The position numbers and the translations under genes were made by a program. The notes under the pieces are model-generated. The model saw nothing but the letters and a program-made list of their open reading frames with translations. It was not told where the DNA came from and did no database searches. DNA of 64,000 bases from assembly GCA_951406725.2 (NCBI GenBank), contig OX597823.1, positions 9,238,001 through 9,302,000 of the forward strand. The letters run 5' to 3'. Positions 1 through 12,417 of the stretch are shown piece after piece (the stretch's first letter is position 1; every line of letters starts with the position of its first letter). Source of the DNA: Octopus vulgaris. Lineage: Eukaryota.

Positions 1-484
1 ATATGTATGTGTCTTGCAGTTTATCCATATACTTAACTACACTTTCGTCAAGTCATTTGTTACTGTAGAAGTCAGGAAGTTCTCTCTCTCTGTCCATTGG
101 TTTGTACGTCTGATTATTCATCTTCAACTTGATGTTTTTGTTTCTCTAACTCTCTAATGTATATCGATAAATGTTTCTTATTTTATCGTTCATATTTCTA
201 TAATTCTCCCGTTCCGCACTTTCGTATCTTTCTGCAAGATCTTCAAACTATTTCTCTCTCACCCTTACATTCTGTACTTTATATTTGTTTTATCTTCTGC
301 ATACGTTTCTTCTCATTAATGCTTTGAGTGCGATGTTTTGTTCCTCTTTTGGACAGACGTTTTCTATTCCCCATTCTTACTTTCTATTCCCTTCTCCTTT
401 TGTATGTCTTACAAACATTCGCTCGGTTCAACATTGCTTCTTCTCTTTCCTCTTTTGTATATATTGTTATCATGTTTACCTTGT

Positions 485-854
485 GGAGGCGCAATGGCCC
501 AGTGGTTAGGGCAGCGGACTCGCGGTCATAGGATCGCGGTTTCGATTCCCAGACTGGGCGTTGTGAGTGTTTATTGAGCGAAAACACCTAAAGCTCCACG
601 AGGCTCCGGCAGAGGATGGTGGTGATCCCTGCTGTACTCTTTCTCTCACTCTTACTTCCTGTTTCTGTTGTACCTGTATTTCAAAGGGCCGGCCTTGTCA
701 CTCTCTGTGTCACGCTGAATATCCCCGAGAACTACGTTAAGGGTACACGTGTCTGTGGAGTACTCAGCCACTTACACGTTAATTTCATGAGCAGGCTGTT
801 CCGTTGATTCGGATCAACTGGAACCCTCGTCGTCGTAACCGACGGAGTGCTTCC
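485..854 (+). mobile_element. tRNA-derived SINE, family A, full length, with target-site duplication
   Basis: A-box (TGGCCCAGTGG) and B-box-like (GGTTTCGATTCCC) head; near-identical copy at 27593-27969 (-); flanked by 16-bp imperfect direct repeat atcatgtttaccttgt (469-484) / atcatgtctaccttat (855-870). Confidence 0.9.
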
Positions 855-1048
855 ATCATGTCTACCTTATATTTTCTCATTTACATTACATTCTTAACAT
901 TGTCTCAAATTTCTTCATTATAAATGATTACTTTTACAGTTCAACATACCTAATAATTGAATCTTATCTTTCTTACTCAACTCCCTTATTTTGACTGCTT
1001 CTTTCTCCTTCTGTTTACAAATACCCCAACACTCACAAACACACAGTT

Positions 1049-1089
<41 letters not shown>

Positions 1090-1321
1090 CGCACACAAAC
1101 ACACTCATGTATTACATTATACATGTATGATGTGCGTGTATGTATGACTGTTACAGTAATGGATCCTTATTCCAGATAGAGAAGACAGAATTTTGCTGTC
1201 CGGGTTCGATGGTTGGTACAGCTTTCTATTCCAAAATTCGCAACTAAACCTTCCGTACATTATTTATATTATTTACATTATTTACATTTGACCGATATTT
1301 GTCCTCATCTTGTTTGTTGTT

Positions 1322-1372
1322 AACACAACGTTTCGGCTGATATACACCCCCGCCCAGCCTTCATCAGGTGTC
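1322..1372 (-). ncRNA. Minimal type-I hammerhead ribozyme motif in a Penelope-like pseudo-LTR fragment (~1280-1420)
   Basis: Minus strand reads gacac-CTGATGA-a-ggctg..cagcc-GAAAC-GTT-gtgtt; helix I gacac/gtgtt, helix II ggctg/cagcc, intact core. Confidence 0.8.
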
Positions 1373-1420
1373 TTAGGGAAATTTCGAACCTTTGTTCTCA
1401 TTCCTAAGGTATTTTTCGAT

Positions 1421-1430
1421 GTTGTTGTTG

Positions 1431-1467
<37 letters not shown>

Positions 1468-1493
1468 CATTATTATCATTATTATTATTATTA

Positions 1494-1569
<76 letters not shown>

Positions 1570-1582
1570 CATTATTATTATT
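1421..1582. repeat. (GTT)n/(TTA)n microsatellite
   Basis: Direct reading. Confidence 0.98.
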
Positions 1583-1918
1583 GTGAAGGCACATGGCTCA
1601 GTGGTTAGGGCGTTGAGCTTACGATCGTGTGGTTGTTAGCTGGAATCCCGGACCGGGCTGCGTGTTGTGTCCTTGAGCAAGGCACTTTATTTCATGTTGC
1701 TCCAGATCACGCAGCTGTAGAAATGAGTAGCGACGTCATAGGTGCCAAGCTATAATGGCCTTTGCCTTTCTCTTGGATAACATCAGTAGTGTGGAGAGGG
1801 GTGGCTGGTATGCACGGGCGACTGCTGGCCTTCCATAAAAACTTTGTCCGGTCTAGTGTCTGGAAGGGTAAATTTCTAGGTGCAATTCCATAATCAGTCA
1901 TGACCGAGGAGGGTCTCA
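1583..1918 (+). mobile_element. tRNA-derived SINE, family D
   Basis: A-box TGGCTCAGTGGTTAG, degenerate B-box, conserved central motif GTCCTTGAGCAAGGCACTT; lies between TTA tracts. Confidence 0.75.
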
Positions 1919-1969
1919 GAAATATTATTATTATTATTATCATTTTCATTATCATCATCATTGTTGTTA

Positions 1970-2000
<31 letters not shown>

Positions 2001-2256
2001 GGTTTTTCCTTCTGTCTTCAAATTTTTTCCGTTTCTCGCCGAGTGTTTTCCATACACCTAGGGCAGAGAAGAGCATTGTATGCATTCCCAGATTACACGC
2101 GCAAATTCACAGATAAAATATGTATTTAAAAATTAATAAAGGAATAAATTCATGGATGGATGTTATTTTCACAGCGATAGTGCTCTTCTTAGTACATGAG
2201 CTGTTCCAGTTAATACGATTTTTTGCACTTCTTGTAGGGATGGTAAGCCTGGAATC
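2001..2256 (-). mobile_element. 3' end of a divergent R4/Dong-like non-LTR retrotransposon in (TTA)n
   Basis: Minus strand encodes IPGLPSLQEVQKIVLTGTAHVLRRALSL*, matching the C-terminus of the 45831 and 51341 ORFs; TTA tracts on both sides. Confidence 0.85.
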
Positions 2257-2349
<93 letters not shown>

Positions 2350-2444
2350 CATCATCATCATCATTATTATTATTATTATCAGTCAAATGTAAGTAATGTA
2401 AATAATGCACATAATTCCTCATCTCTTAGATATAGAACTGTATA

Positions 2445-2640
2445 AACCTTCCATAATCTTCCATATGTACATATTAGTATATCGTTCATTTTTTTCTTTC
2501 TAGGGCGTAGAGCCTCAGTTCCTTTAACCTCCTCTAGTTGCTTCTCTGCTGCACAGACTCGATCTTTTTAGTGTCGTGGCGCTGGACTGCCTCCAATTCC
2601 GCCATCATTTTGTCACTCTGCAATGACCACATCGTACATT
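2445..2640 (-). pseudogene. CR1/Jockey-like LINE ORF2 C-terminal relic
   Basis: Frameshifted translation MAELEAVQRHDTKKIESVQ..RLKELRLYALER..WKIMEG resembles the LExVQRxxTK...ERLxxLxLxSLExRR motif. Confidence 0.6.
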
Positions 2641-2779
2641 CACTCTATGGTGTTTATTTGTTCGAAGAGAGCTGTTTGAAGAATGCGTATAATAAAATGC
2701 AGTAAATCTGCTACCCGTGAAATTAAAAGATATGTTCACATATATAAATATACATTTATCTTTATAAATGTTTCAATCA

Positions 2780-3065
2780 AAAGCCAGCGGCCCTGCTGGG
2801 GCACAACCTACAACAATTTCTTTTTTCAGTTGAATGAATCAACTCTAACACTTATTTTTTAAAAGCCTGTTACTTATTCTATCGGTCTCTTTTACTGAAC
2901 TCCGAGTTTATGGGGATGTAAGCACACCAACACAGATTGTCAAGCGGTGGAGGGGGACAAATACAGACATAAACACACACGCGCACACATGTATACACAC
3001 ATGATGGGTGTCGCAGCTTCCCTTCAAGAAATTCACGCACAAGACTTTGGTAGAACTCGCGGGTA
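2780..3065 (-). mobile_element. Degenerate SINE family C copy
   Basis: tacttattctatcggtctctttt and ggttgtcaagcggtgg-like blocks shared with 15545-15965. Confidence 0.7.
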
Positions 3066-3108
3066 TGGTATGTATGTATGTATGTATGTCTGAATGTATA
3101 TATGTACG

Positions 3109-3144
<36 letters not shown>

Positions 3145-3234
3145 AAATTAGAGACAAAACCACTATTAGGCAAATCAAACAATGAAAAACTTAATCCAAT
3201 ACATAAGATTATTTAATTTATATATATATATATG

Positions 3235-3327
<93 letters not shown>

Positions 3328-4174
3328 TATAAACGGCGGTGCATCAGCATGGCCGCAGCTCTGAGCTGAAACTGCAGAGGAAAAAAGGAGTACTCCCGTT
3401 CGATTAGTAAATGCGCGGATCGCAAATCTAGCATAAACCCCAGAGTACTTTATAACACAATGAAGAATGGAGATTTGCACATCCTTAATTAGCAGATTAC
3501 AAGATATAACAATCCGATACCTGTTTCTGCATACCGTATCCTAGTGATAATCATAAAATGCAACCTTTGCCTGGAATCATTATCCAATATGCTTACCGAC
3601 AAATCTAATTTATTGAACTGAAAAAATGAATTAATAACAAATTTTTTGCATATTTGTAGAAAATTTTAAAAATAATTTCCAAATGTTTAGTTTTACAATT
3701 GGTCAACTTAAATAAATGGTGGGCATATACATCTCCTGTCTAATATTCTCCAAGCGATTTCTAAGTAGTTTTAACCAGCTACTACTAGTTTTTCTATACT
3801 ACTGTTTTTCCTATTTCTTATTTTGTCTTAATATTTCTATTAAGCCTTTTGATACAAATGTTTTGTGAATTCTTTTTTTATTTTCAATTATTATTTTTTT
3901 ATTATGAGTATAACTCTTTATCCATTAACAAGCAGCATTTACTTTACATTCTCGAATCTTCTAAATGCCTTATTATATGTCGAACGTATAAATCTTTCAC
4001 TTCGATTTACATAATGATATACAGCATCAGTGGTCAAAGAAGTTAATTGTTCTGACGTAAATTAATTGCCGTTTCTCTAGCTGAAATTTCAATTATTTAT
4101 TTTTTGAATGCCAAATGAAGTTACTTTAAGTGTAAATGCAACTAGAATTCTTAACATATCGTATTTGTATATCA

Positions 4175-4578
4175 CTAGCAGTATCGCGCGGCGTTGCTCG
4201 GGTTTGTAAGGGAAATAACTATATAAGCATTTTTAGAGATGTAAAGTATAATAGCCATTTCAATATGGCTAACCACAAAGGGGGGGGGGGGGGTGTTACT
4301 GTAGCTTTTTACGTTCTGAGAATTAATAATAAATTTTTAGAGAGTTACTTCCCTTATATATGCCAAAAATGCATTAAAAATGGGAAAAATTGATGATAAT
4401 TTTGTTTTTAAATCGTAGACTCATCGTAGACGCGCGCTAATAAGCAGAAGGGCTCGATATGAATCCCGACTATAAGATACCCGGTTTTGGTTACACTGCA
4501 CCGCAAAATGTGGGAGTAGTTAGGAATCTAAATCGTTGGAGACAGACAGACACACAACCTCACTTTTATATATAAAGA
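4175..4578 (-). mobile_element. Non-autonomous Helitron (~400 bp)
   Basis: Minus strand 5' A|TCTTTATATATAAAA, subterminal hairpin, 3' CTAG|T, no TSD; copies at 25898 and 52944. Confidence 0.85.
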
Positions 4579-4913
4579 TATCCACATTTCTGTCACTTCC
4601 TTTCTTTATCTTCTCTTCTCTTGTCTTGTATTTTTTTTTTTTTTTTGGTCACTTACCTCTACTGCTAGGACATGTTTTTCCTCAGTTTTCCTCAGGGAGA
4701 ATGCATCCGAAAATTTATACATGCAAATATCTTTAGTTCTTCATAATTCTAAGCATCCTAAAACGCTTGCACAACAGAATCACCTGCTTGTATCTTATTT
4801 GCTGTAAACTGTTAATTAAGGGTGTGTAAATCTCTAGCCTTCATTCTGTCCTAATACATGCGGATATATAATATGTACATACATGCAAACGCGCGCACAG
4901 AAACAGACAACCA

Positions 4914-4955
<42 letters not shown>

Positions 4956-4957
4956 TA

Positions 4958-5019
<62 letters not shown>

Positions 5020-5027
5020 TATATATG

Positions 5028-5064
<37 letters not shown>

Positions 5065-5251
5065 ATAAATGGTTAATGATAAGTAACGCATTTATTGTTC
5101 TTAAGTTTATTAATATAAGTGTATAAATGGCATTCGATATTTTCAAAGGAAATGAAACTAAACACATATCTAGTGCATAATTATCTAATATGTTCTTTTC
5201 CTCTAGTTGTTCTTTTTCTCTTTACATAAAGAAAATATTTCGTTTTGTGTA

Positions 5252-5295
<44 letters not shown>

Positions 5296-6306
5296 CTACA
5301 AGCATGACGTTTATGATATTGTTTACATCAGGAATTTTCAGGTTTTCAGGCTGTAAAGGTCTCTCGTTGGGTGTTAAAAATCACACCAGCGAGTCCTGAC
5401 ACAAGGCACCTATATACGAATGACATGCAATTAGCTGGCACTTGTTAAACATAAAGTCCTTTAGCAATTAAATGAAGTAAAATTAGGATCTATTTACTGT
5501 GTATGTATTCATGTTGCATGTTGTAAAAGCATTGCTACTCTCATCATGTAGATTTCAAGTCATTATTATTCTGTACATTTATGCATGCACACGCACGCAC
5601 GCTCACAAACATACAGCAAATACACACATATGCACACACAAACATATACATATGTGGTTCACTTTGATATTAAGCATTCCGTCCAGCTTAATGCAGGATC
5701 AGAAAATAAAAGCTGAATTGAGGAATACAAGAAAAAAGATGCCTAGAATTCGCATAATTAAATTTTCTATTCATTACGAGTTTCTTAGAATTTCTAGTTC
5801 TTACCAATTATGTATAGCACTTGTTCATTTTTTTTTCTGTTTTTAGAAACCTTCAGCATGATACAAACCGTAACTTATGAATGAAATCTATTAAGAAGTG
5901 ACAAATTTCGTTAAAATTAATTATGAAATTAACTAAAATCTACAGGAAATTCATGGAATGTTGTTTTACCTTTATAGACAAGTGGTAGTTTCAAAATCGA
6001 GAGAGAAAACGCTTTAAGTGCTTGCATACAGAAGAATAACGATTTCCAAAGGAATTCAAAAATGATTTTAATTATCTCATTTAAAGCCGTTTATTTTTAA
6101 TATTCATTGATCTGCAAGCAATGATTTCAGCGTAATATTTCTTATAGATTATCCATTTTTAAAAACAAGCACTTTGAAAATCATAGGACTTTGAAAGGAG
6201 ATTCTCATGGATTCACAATTAGAATTACTCAAGTAAAAGTGGGTCCTTCTAGCAATGGCTATTAAGGGAGGGATGACGCCCATCTTGCAGTGGGATGTAG
6301 GATTAG

Positions 6307-6350
<44 letters not shown>

Positions 6351-8848
6351 ATGTATGTAAGATATCAGGATTCAAATGAATCAGGTACTTGAATAGCAAA
6401 GCACCTATTTCTTGTCAAAGAAGGACAATCGTGTACAAAGCAAAATTCGAGGAACATATACATACATACATAAATTAATTGCTGTTACTCTAGCTGAAAT
6501 TACATTTATTTAGTTTTGAATGTCAACTGAAGTTAGTTTGCGTTAAAAATAAAACTCGAATTCTTAGCATACGGTATTTATTTCTGCCACGTCTTTTCTT
6601 TATCTTCTCTTCTCTTATCTTGTATGTTTTTTTTTAAACTCCTTCTTTTTCTAGCTGAGTAGAGACGGGTTAATATTCCAGTTGCATATATGATCGCAAA
6701 AACCCGACGGAATATAACGAGGGTCTCAATGTTGTACCTCAGTACACACCGTACTAATCGTACCGGGCGTAACGAACTCCAGATCCACGCTAATTGCAAG
6801 TTCCGAGTAATGCGAATAATAAATAAGTGACAACAGATGGAAATTGGTTCATTCACTACAGCTGTTTCAAACGAATTTTTTTTATTGAGGAAAAGTGTTA
6901 TTAGATCATGCGAAAAAATCCCGTTTTCTTAATGAGAATAAACACGAATTAAACATCTTAAAAAACATTCCAAGCATCAACATTAGGTGCCACTTCATGA
7001 TTCTTGGCTAGCTTCAGCCAAAACATTATTCGCATACCGTAGTTAGTAGGTTATACAGGAGAAAAAAACATTAGGGTGACAGGAGCGGAGTGGGATGTAG
7101 GGAAGAAGTTATAGCGGGAGTAAGAAAACAGAATGGGGGATGAGAATCAGATATTCTGAACTAACTTCAAAAGAAAGGTTATTCTATTTTCAGTCTTTAG
7201 ATCACTGGAGGACAATGTTCAAGTAAAAAAAAAAGAAAAAAACATTAAAAGATAATGTGGGAGGTAAAAGTAACCTTATCTCAGTTGTTTCAACTTCCAA
7301 GATAAAGTTAATTTATTTTTTAATTCTATAATTAGCTGAGTTCCAGCCTTAAAAGCATAAAAAGCATAATAAGGGATATTGAAATAATTTTTTTATATAT
7401 AGTTCGAGGAAGAATATATTTGTATTGATGTCAATTTCAGTCAAAACTCTAGAATATGTCAAGTAAAGTCGAGTAATTTAAAATTAAAACTTTCAATCAA
7501 AACTAGATTTTTAGCACCTAAATATTTACGAAGTTTGATGACAGCCACATATAGGTATCCTGGAATCTATCAAATAGTGCTTCCTTATTTAGCCGCATTG
7601 TGCTAAATAGAACCACTTTGTGTCACAGTATGCAGTTTCATCTATATCAAAGAAGTCTAACATTTTGAAATATGTTCCGGTGCAAATCTCAATAAAATTA
7701 TGTTGGAAACGATATAAATTCAAAGTAGTTAGGGTCCGAACGTGAAACTATGAAATAACTACGATATTGATTTAACGTGAAGTAGCCTATGTTATAAAAA
7801 CATGCCACCAAATACAAAAGAATTTACTGGTGTATTTTGTAAAGCTAGTTCTTTTTTTGATGAATGGGTTTTATTCGATTGATGAATTAATTATTAAATA
7901 CAGTCTGCTTATGTTTCGAAGAAGTGAATGTTATATGAAAAATTAATAGGTCATATTGTAAAGAAAACGATTATCAAGACAGGACGAATGATTATATTGT
8001 CGTCAGTTTAAAATGGGCAGCTGAAAAGTGGAGAAAAACTTTCAGAGAAATAAGTAGATATATAAAGATCGTTAAAGAGAGTAACACATAGGGAGGAAAG
8101 AAGAGCAACTATATGTAAAAGTTCTATGTAATTCTTTTAAAGATATTCATAAGAGTAGAATGAAGAAAAACCATTCTGCACAAACGATTGTACAGTTTGG
8201 CTTCTTGGTCAAAATAAGAGAAACAAAAATGTAAGATTAATAACTGATAAAGTATTTGAAAGGAAACAATATAGTTCAGGAATTTCTGTCGATAGATTCT
8301 TTCAATATTTAAAAAATTTCTTTGTATTTTATGTTTTTTTTCTTTCATTTGTAAAGTCTTCTTTTTGTCTCTTCTTATACTAAGAACACAACAACTGATG
8401 AAAATTTATCTCATTTTTATTATTTCATAAACACAATTTGTATTCTTTTTTCTCGTTAAATTTTGGTCTTCGACGCCTGATTCTTTCTATAATTTCATAT
8501 GTGTCTTATTTTCTTAATACAATCACTATATTTCCTTATCTCTTTCATAACCCTTTACTTCCAACCACTCTCAAATCCTTCCTGCTCTCTTTCATTTAGT
8601 TAATATATTTAGTTTCATTGTATTGTAGACTTTATATATCTCTTTTCTATTGCACCTTCTTTCTCTACCCCTTCATCTCTTGCCAACAAAATGCCATTTT
8701 CTCATTTCTTAACGTGTTTCTTTCGCTTTCATCTCTGTTTCAATACGCAAAATTTCTCTCCTTTGCACTCATTTATCTGACGCAGAATGTATCAATAGCT
8801 CTTTAGTTGTTCTTTGACCACTTCTCCGTCAATATTCAGTACAGAGTA

Positions 8849-9450
8849 AGGCGCCGAGCTGGCAGAAACGTTAGCACGCCGGGCGAAATGCTTAGCGGTA
8901 TTTCGTCTGCCGTTACGTTCTGAGTTCAAATTCCGCCTAGGTCCACTTTGCCTTTTATCCTTTCAGAGGTCGATAAATGAAGTACCAGTTACGCGCTGGG
9001 GTCGATGTAATCGACTTAATCCGTTTGTCTGTCCTTGTTTGTCCCCTCTGAGTTTAGCTTCTTGTGGGTAGTAAAGAAATAGGTATTTCGTCAGCCTTTA
9101 CGTTCTGAGTTCAAATTCCGCCTAGGTCGAGTTGCCGTTTATCCTTTCGGGGGTCGATAAATGAAGTACCAGTTACGCACTGGGGTCGATGTAATCGACT
9201 TAACCCCTTTGTCTGTCCTTATTTGTCCTCTCTAGGTTTAGCCCCTTGCGGGCAATAAAGAAATAAGAAACTTTAGTACGCCGGGCGAAATGTTTAACGG
9301 TATTTCGTCAGCCTTTACGTTCTGAGTTCAAATGCCGCCTAGGTTGACTTTGCCTTTCATCATTTCGGGAACGATAAATTAAGCACCAGTTGCGTACTGG
9401 GGTCGATGTAATCGACTGGTCCCCTCCCCCAAAATTTCGATCCTTGTCCC
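8849..9450 (+). mobile_element. SINE family B, three tandem units
   Basis: Head GGCGCCGAGCTGGCAGAAACGTTAGC..GAGTTCAAATTCC; central GCCTTTCATCCTTTCGGGGTCGATAAA..AAGTACCAG-type block recurs three times. Confidence 0.88.
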
Positions 9451-10540
9451 TGAATCTTTAGTACAGAGCATTTCCCCCTTTATATCTATATTATTCTTTG
9501 TACACTGTTTCCCATACTAGCGAATTTTTTCCTCTCATCCGTATTGCTTCATTTTCTTTTGCTGGAGAAAAGAGTAAAATCTAGGCATAAGCAATGGATT
9601 AGAAGAAAATCAAAAAAGTCAGGACATTTTAAATATTTCTCTTGATATAATAATAATCTTTTCTACTACAGACACAAGACCTAACAATTCGGACTTGCAA
9701 CTCATCTATTATATTGATCCTAGTACTTGACTAGTGGACCAAGTTAGGATGAAAAGCAAAGTCGACGTCGGTGACATTAGAACTGAAAACGTAAAGAGCC
9801 GGTAGAAATACTAAGCATTCTGTCGGGCACCCGGATGAATCTGTCAGCTCGTGGTCATATTCTCTCCTGATATATCATTAGAGATACTTGCAACCATAAA
9901 CTTTGTTTATTGAAATATTTGCGATGAAATACTTATTAAATCTAAGATTTATGACTAAGAGAACGGAATGTATGTCAAGCAATAAATAAAGGAATTATTC
10001 CAGGATATGAAAGCATTCAGTAAATGGCTTGTTTAAATTAATATATTCATGTGCACATTCATACGTCAATGATATAAGTTAAAAATTCATTTCTTTTCCA
10101 CTCCGCTCTTATCTCTAGAGAGATGTCGATGCATGCATAAGCATACTGAAACATAAGTTTGTCATTTTACTAAATGTATTTAAATTATCCCCTACTGATG
10201 GTGATGTTGGTGTGAGCCATTGCTCTTTGGGTACTACTTCATCACTAAATGGATTAAATATGATACTTAACTATTTTGCATAGTTCTAGTAACATCATGC
10301 AAACTACCGCTTACAAGTTGTCCAGTCTCTAGTCTAATCTGTCTGCCATGAGTATTTCCTGGCTTACAATACCCTGCGAAACTATTGCAGTATAAAATAG
10401 TATACGGCATACAGGGATGCAAAATACAAGAGATTTCAAGTGGATTTGAAATAAAAAATTACTCTGTAAAGAATTTAAAGTAATTGCTTAACGTTAGCAC
10501 TATGTTAAAATCTTGACGTTTAGGAGTGTAGTCAGCTCAA

Positions 10541-11548
10541 ACGAGGGTCCACTGACAAGTTCAGATGCTGCCCAAATTATTCTCATGAAATTTGGCCAGA
10601 TGAAGTTTATTTTTCAACATAGTCCTCTTTGCGGTCCATATATATCTTACATCGGTGTTACAGCATTTGGATCCCTTTGAGAAGAAACTTTCATCCTGTT
10701 GGTCACAGATATGACTCATCATCACTGTAATGCTGGCTCTCAGCTATGTGATATTCATATTGGAAACAAATGATAGTCACCAGGGGTCAACTCGGGAGAA
10801 CCGAGAAAGCCGGTTAAACTCAGGCGTTTAGTGAAAACTTGTTCAAAGCCACAATCACTCACAACAGCCAATGAAAGCACGGACGTGTGTGCCGAAACGT
10901 TGTCTTCATGAAACAAGAACTCAGTTTGTCAGGCTTCTTGGGTGATTGGTTTCATAGCTTTTCGTAACTACCTCAGCAGGTTGGCAAAATACTATTCATT
11001 GATTGTATGCCATCCCAAAGAAACTCAGGCCATCAGCTTGCCCGCAGACGAAAAGAGCATAGCCATATTCGGAGCAAGTGACGAGGGGTGTTTCGCTGCA
11101 TGGGTTGTCGCTTTGTCTTTGGAATCTGGATCAATGTGATGAGGATAACTCATGAGGATACGTTCAAGGATGAGGAAACCTTGAAGGGTGAGGAAAATTT
11201 CTAGAGTTAGTGAACGTTCAAGGTTGAGGAAACGCTCTACGACACCAGTTGGTTCTGCCTCAAACATTGTTAGGCTTTTCGTTGATGTGGTCAGCCCGGT
11301 GCGCCTTTGATCAGAAAATGTGGCAGCGGTCGAGCACAATCCTCCATCTCTTTCTTCCTTTTCGAAATTCAACTGCCCATTTTTACGATGCTGATAAAAC
11401 TGGAGCATCACTTTCTAATATAGCAAGCATGTCAGCAAAAATGTTACTGGGAGGTATTACCCTTTTTCTACATGAAGCCAAAATTGTCCATTTTCAGAAG
11501 ACGACGCTACCAGCTACTTTCGAAGTTTTCTGAGGACAGCCATCAAAT
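10541..11548 (-). mobile_element. Degenerate mariner (Tc1/mariner) transposon
   Basis: Minus-strand relic peptides DAPVLSAS*KWAVEFRKGR..EDCARP, HHIDPDSK (DETW..YDPE-like) and C-terminal KGIQML*HRC...EDYVENK; TIR-like acgaggg at 10541. Confidence 0.75.
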
Positions 11549-11569
11549 GGTTATGAAATATAGCATAAT

Positions 11570-12120
11570 ATTCTTCTAGCCATCGTTCATCGTCTGTTTT
11601 CCACTGTAACTTGGATATCGTTCATGGTAGTATTTACTTTACGATGAGTTAGGCTTAACGATAACAACAGTCGTCTCACACTGTGCTCAACGAATCTCTA
11701 CATCAGACTTCGATTGGAAAATGCTCCGATTTCCTGTCTGCGTCTTTACATTCTTCCAGGATGTTTACATAACAGTCATCCTTTCGAGCCCGAGTGGCGT
11801 CGGTGTTATCTTCCTGAGGAGCCTTTAACTCGACTACATTGATCAATTTCTTTATTTTACACCACATTATAATATCCGTTGTGTTTTTCGTATCTGGGAA
11901 AGGAAAGAATCCATGTCAACCCGATCAATCTACGGCCACCTCCCAATAGCCGTTCCACTTTTCATCGCTCACAGGACATTTCTTCTTGAAACGGATCTGC
12001 TATCCTGAGTGCACGAAGATAATGAAATGTCTGGCTAGTTCTTTTAATGGTTCTTTTCCGCTGTTGATGAGAGCAATTTGGTTCTTTATAGCATTGAAGA
12101 TAATCTTGATAGAACATATA
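11570..12120 (-). pseudogene. Restriction-like endonuclease relic of a HERO/NeSL-type non-LTR element
   Basis: Minus translation DIIMWCKIKKLINVVELKAPQEDNTDATRARKDDCY...FPIEV*CR fits the PDIVxW..IELTVPWEEN..ERK..KY..PIEVGCRG pattern. Confidence 0.65.
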
Positions 12121-12213
12121 ATGACCATTAGTTAGACCTTGTCCATGATAGATCGTTAGCCCCTACACGCATCTTTTTCTCTCTTTGTTTCTATCCTTGT
12201 TTTTTTCTGTGTA

Positions 12214-12251
12214 TCTTTCTGCCGAAGAGCGTAGGCTCGAAACGTAAAAGA
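12214..12251 (+). ncRNA. Minimal hammerhead motif with variant core CUGCCGA, in a TA-anchored repeat (~12130-12350)
   Basis: tcttt-CTGCCGA-a-gagc-gtag-gctc-GAAAC-GTA-aaaga; perfect helices I and II; related 3' part at 16905-16995. Confidence 0.7.
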
Positions 12252-12347
12252 CTTTTTCTATTTCTATTCCTGAGCGATATACTAATACATTTGTTTGTTT
12301 GTACTTCACCTGCCTTCGTCTTTTGTTTATTTTCGAAACTTTCCCGT

Positions 12348-12417
<70 letters not shown>

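Noticed and set aside
485-560. tRNA-like sequence
   Set aside because: SINE head with no complete cloverleaf or acceptor stem; continues into the SINE body
3515-3600. Minus-strand GAAACAGGTA after a gcata/tatgc stem
   Set aside because: No CUGANGA-like core upstream; too decayed to call
8849-9450. Regularly repeated blocks suggesting a CRISPR array
   Set aside because: Units are ~190-bp SINE multimers without unique spacers; eukaryotic context and no cas genes
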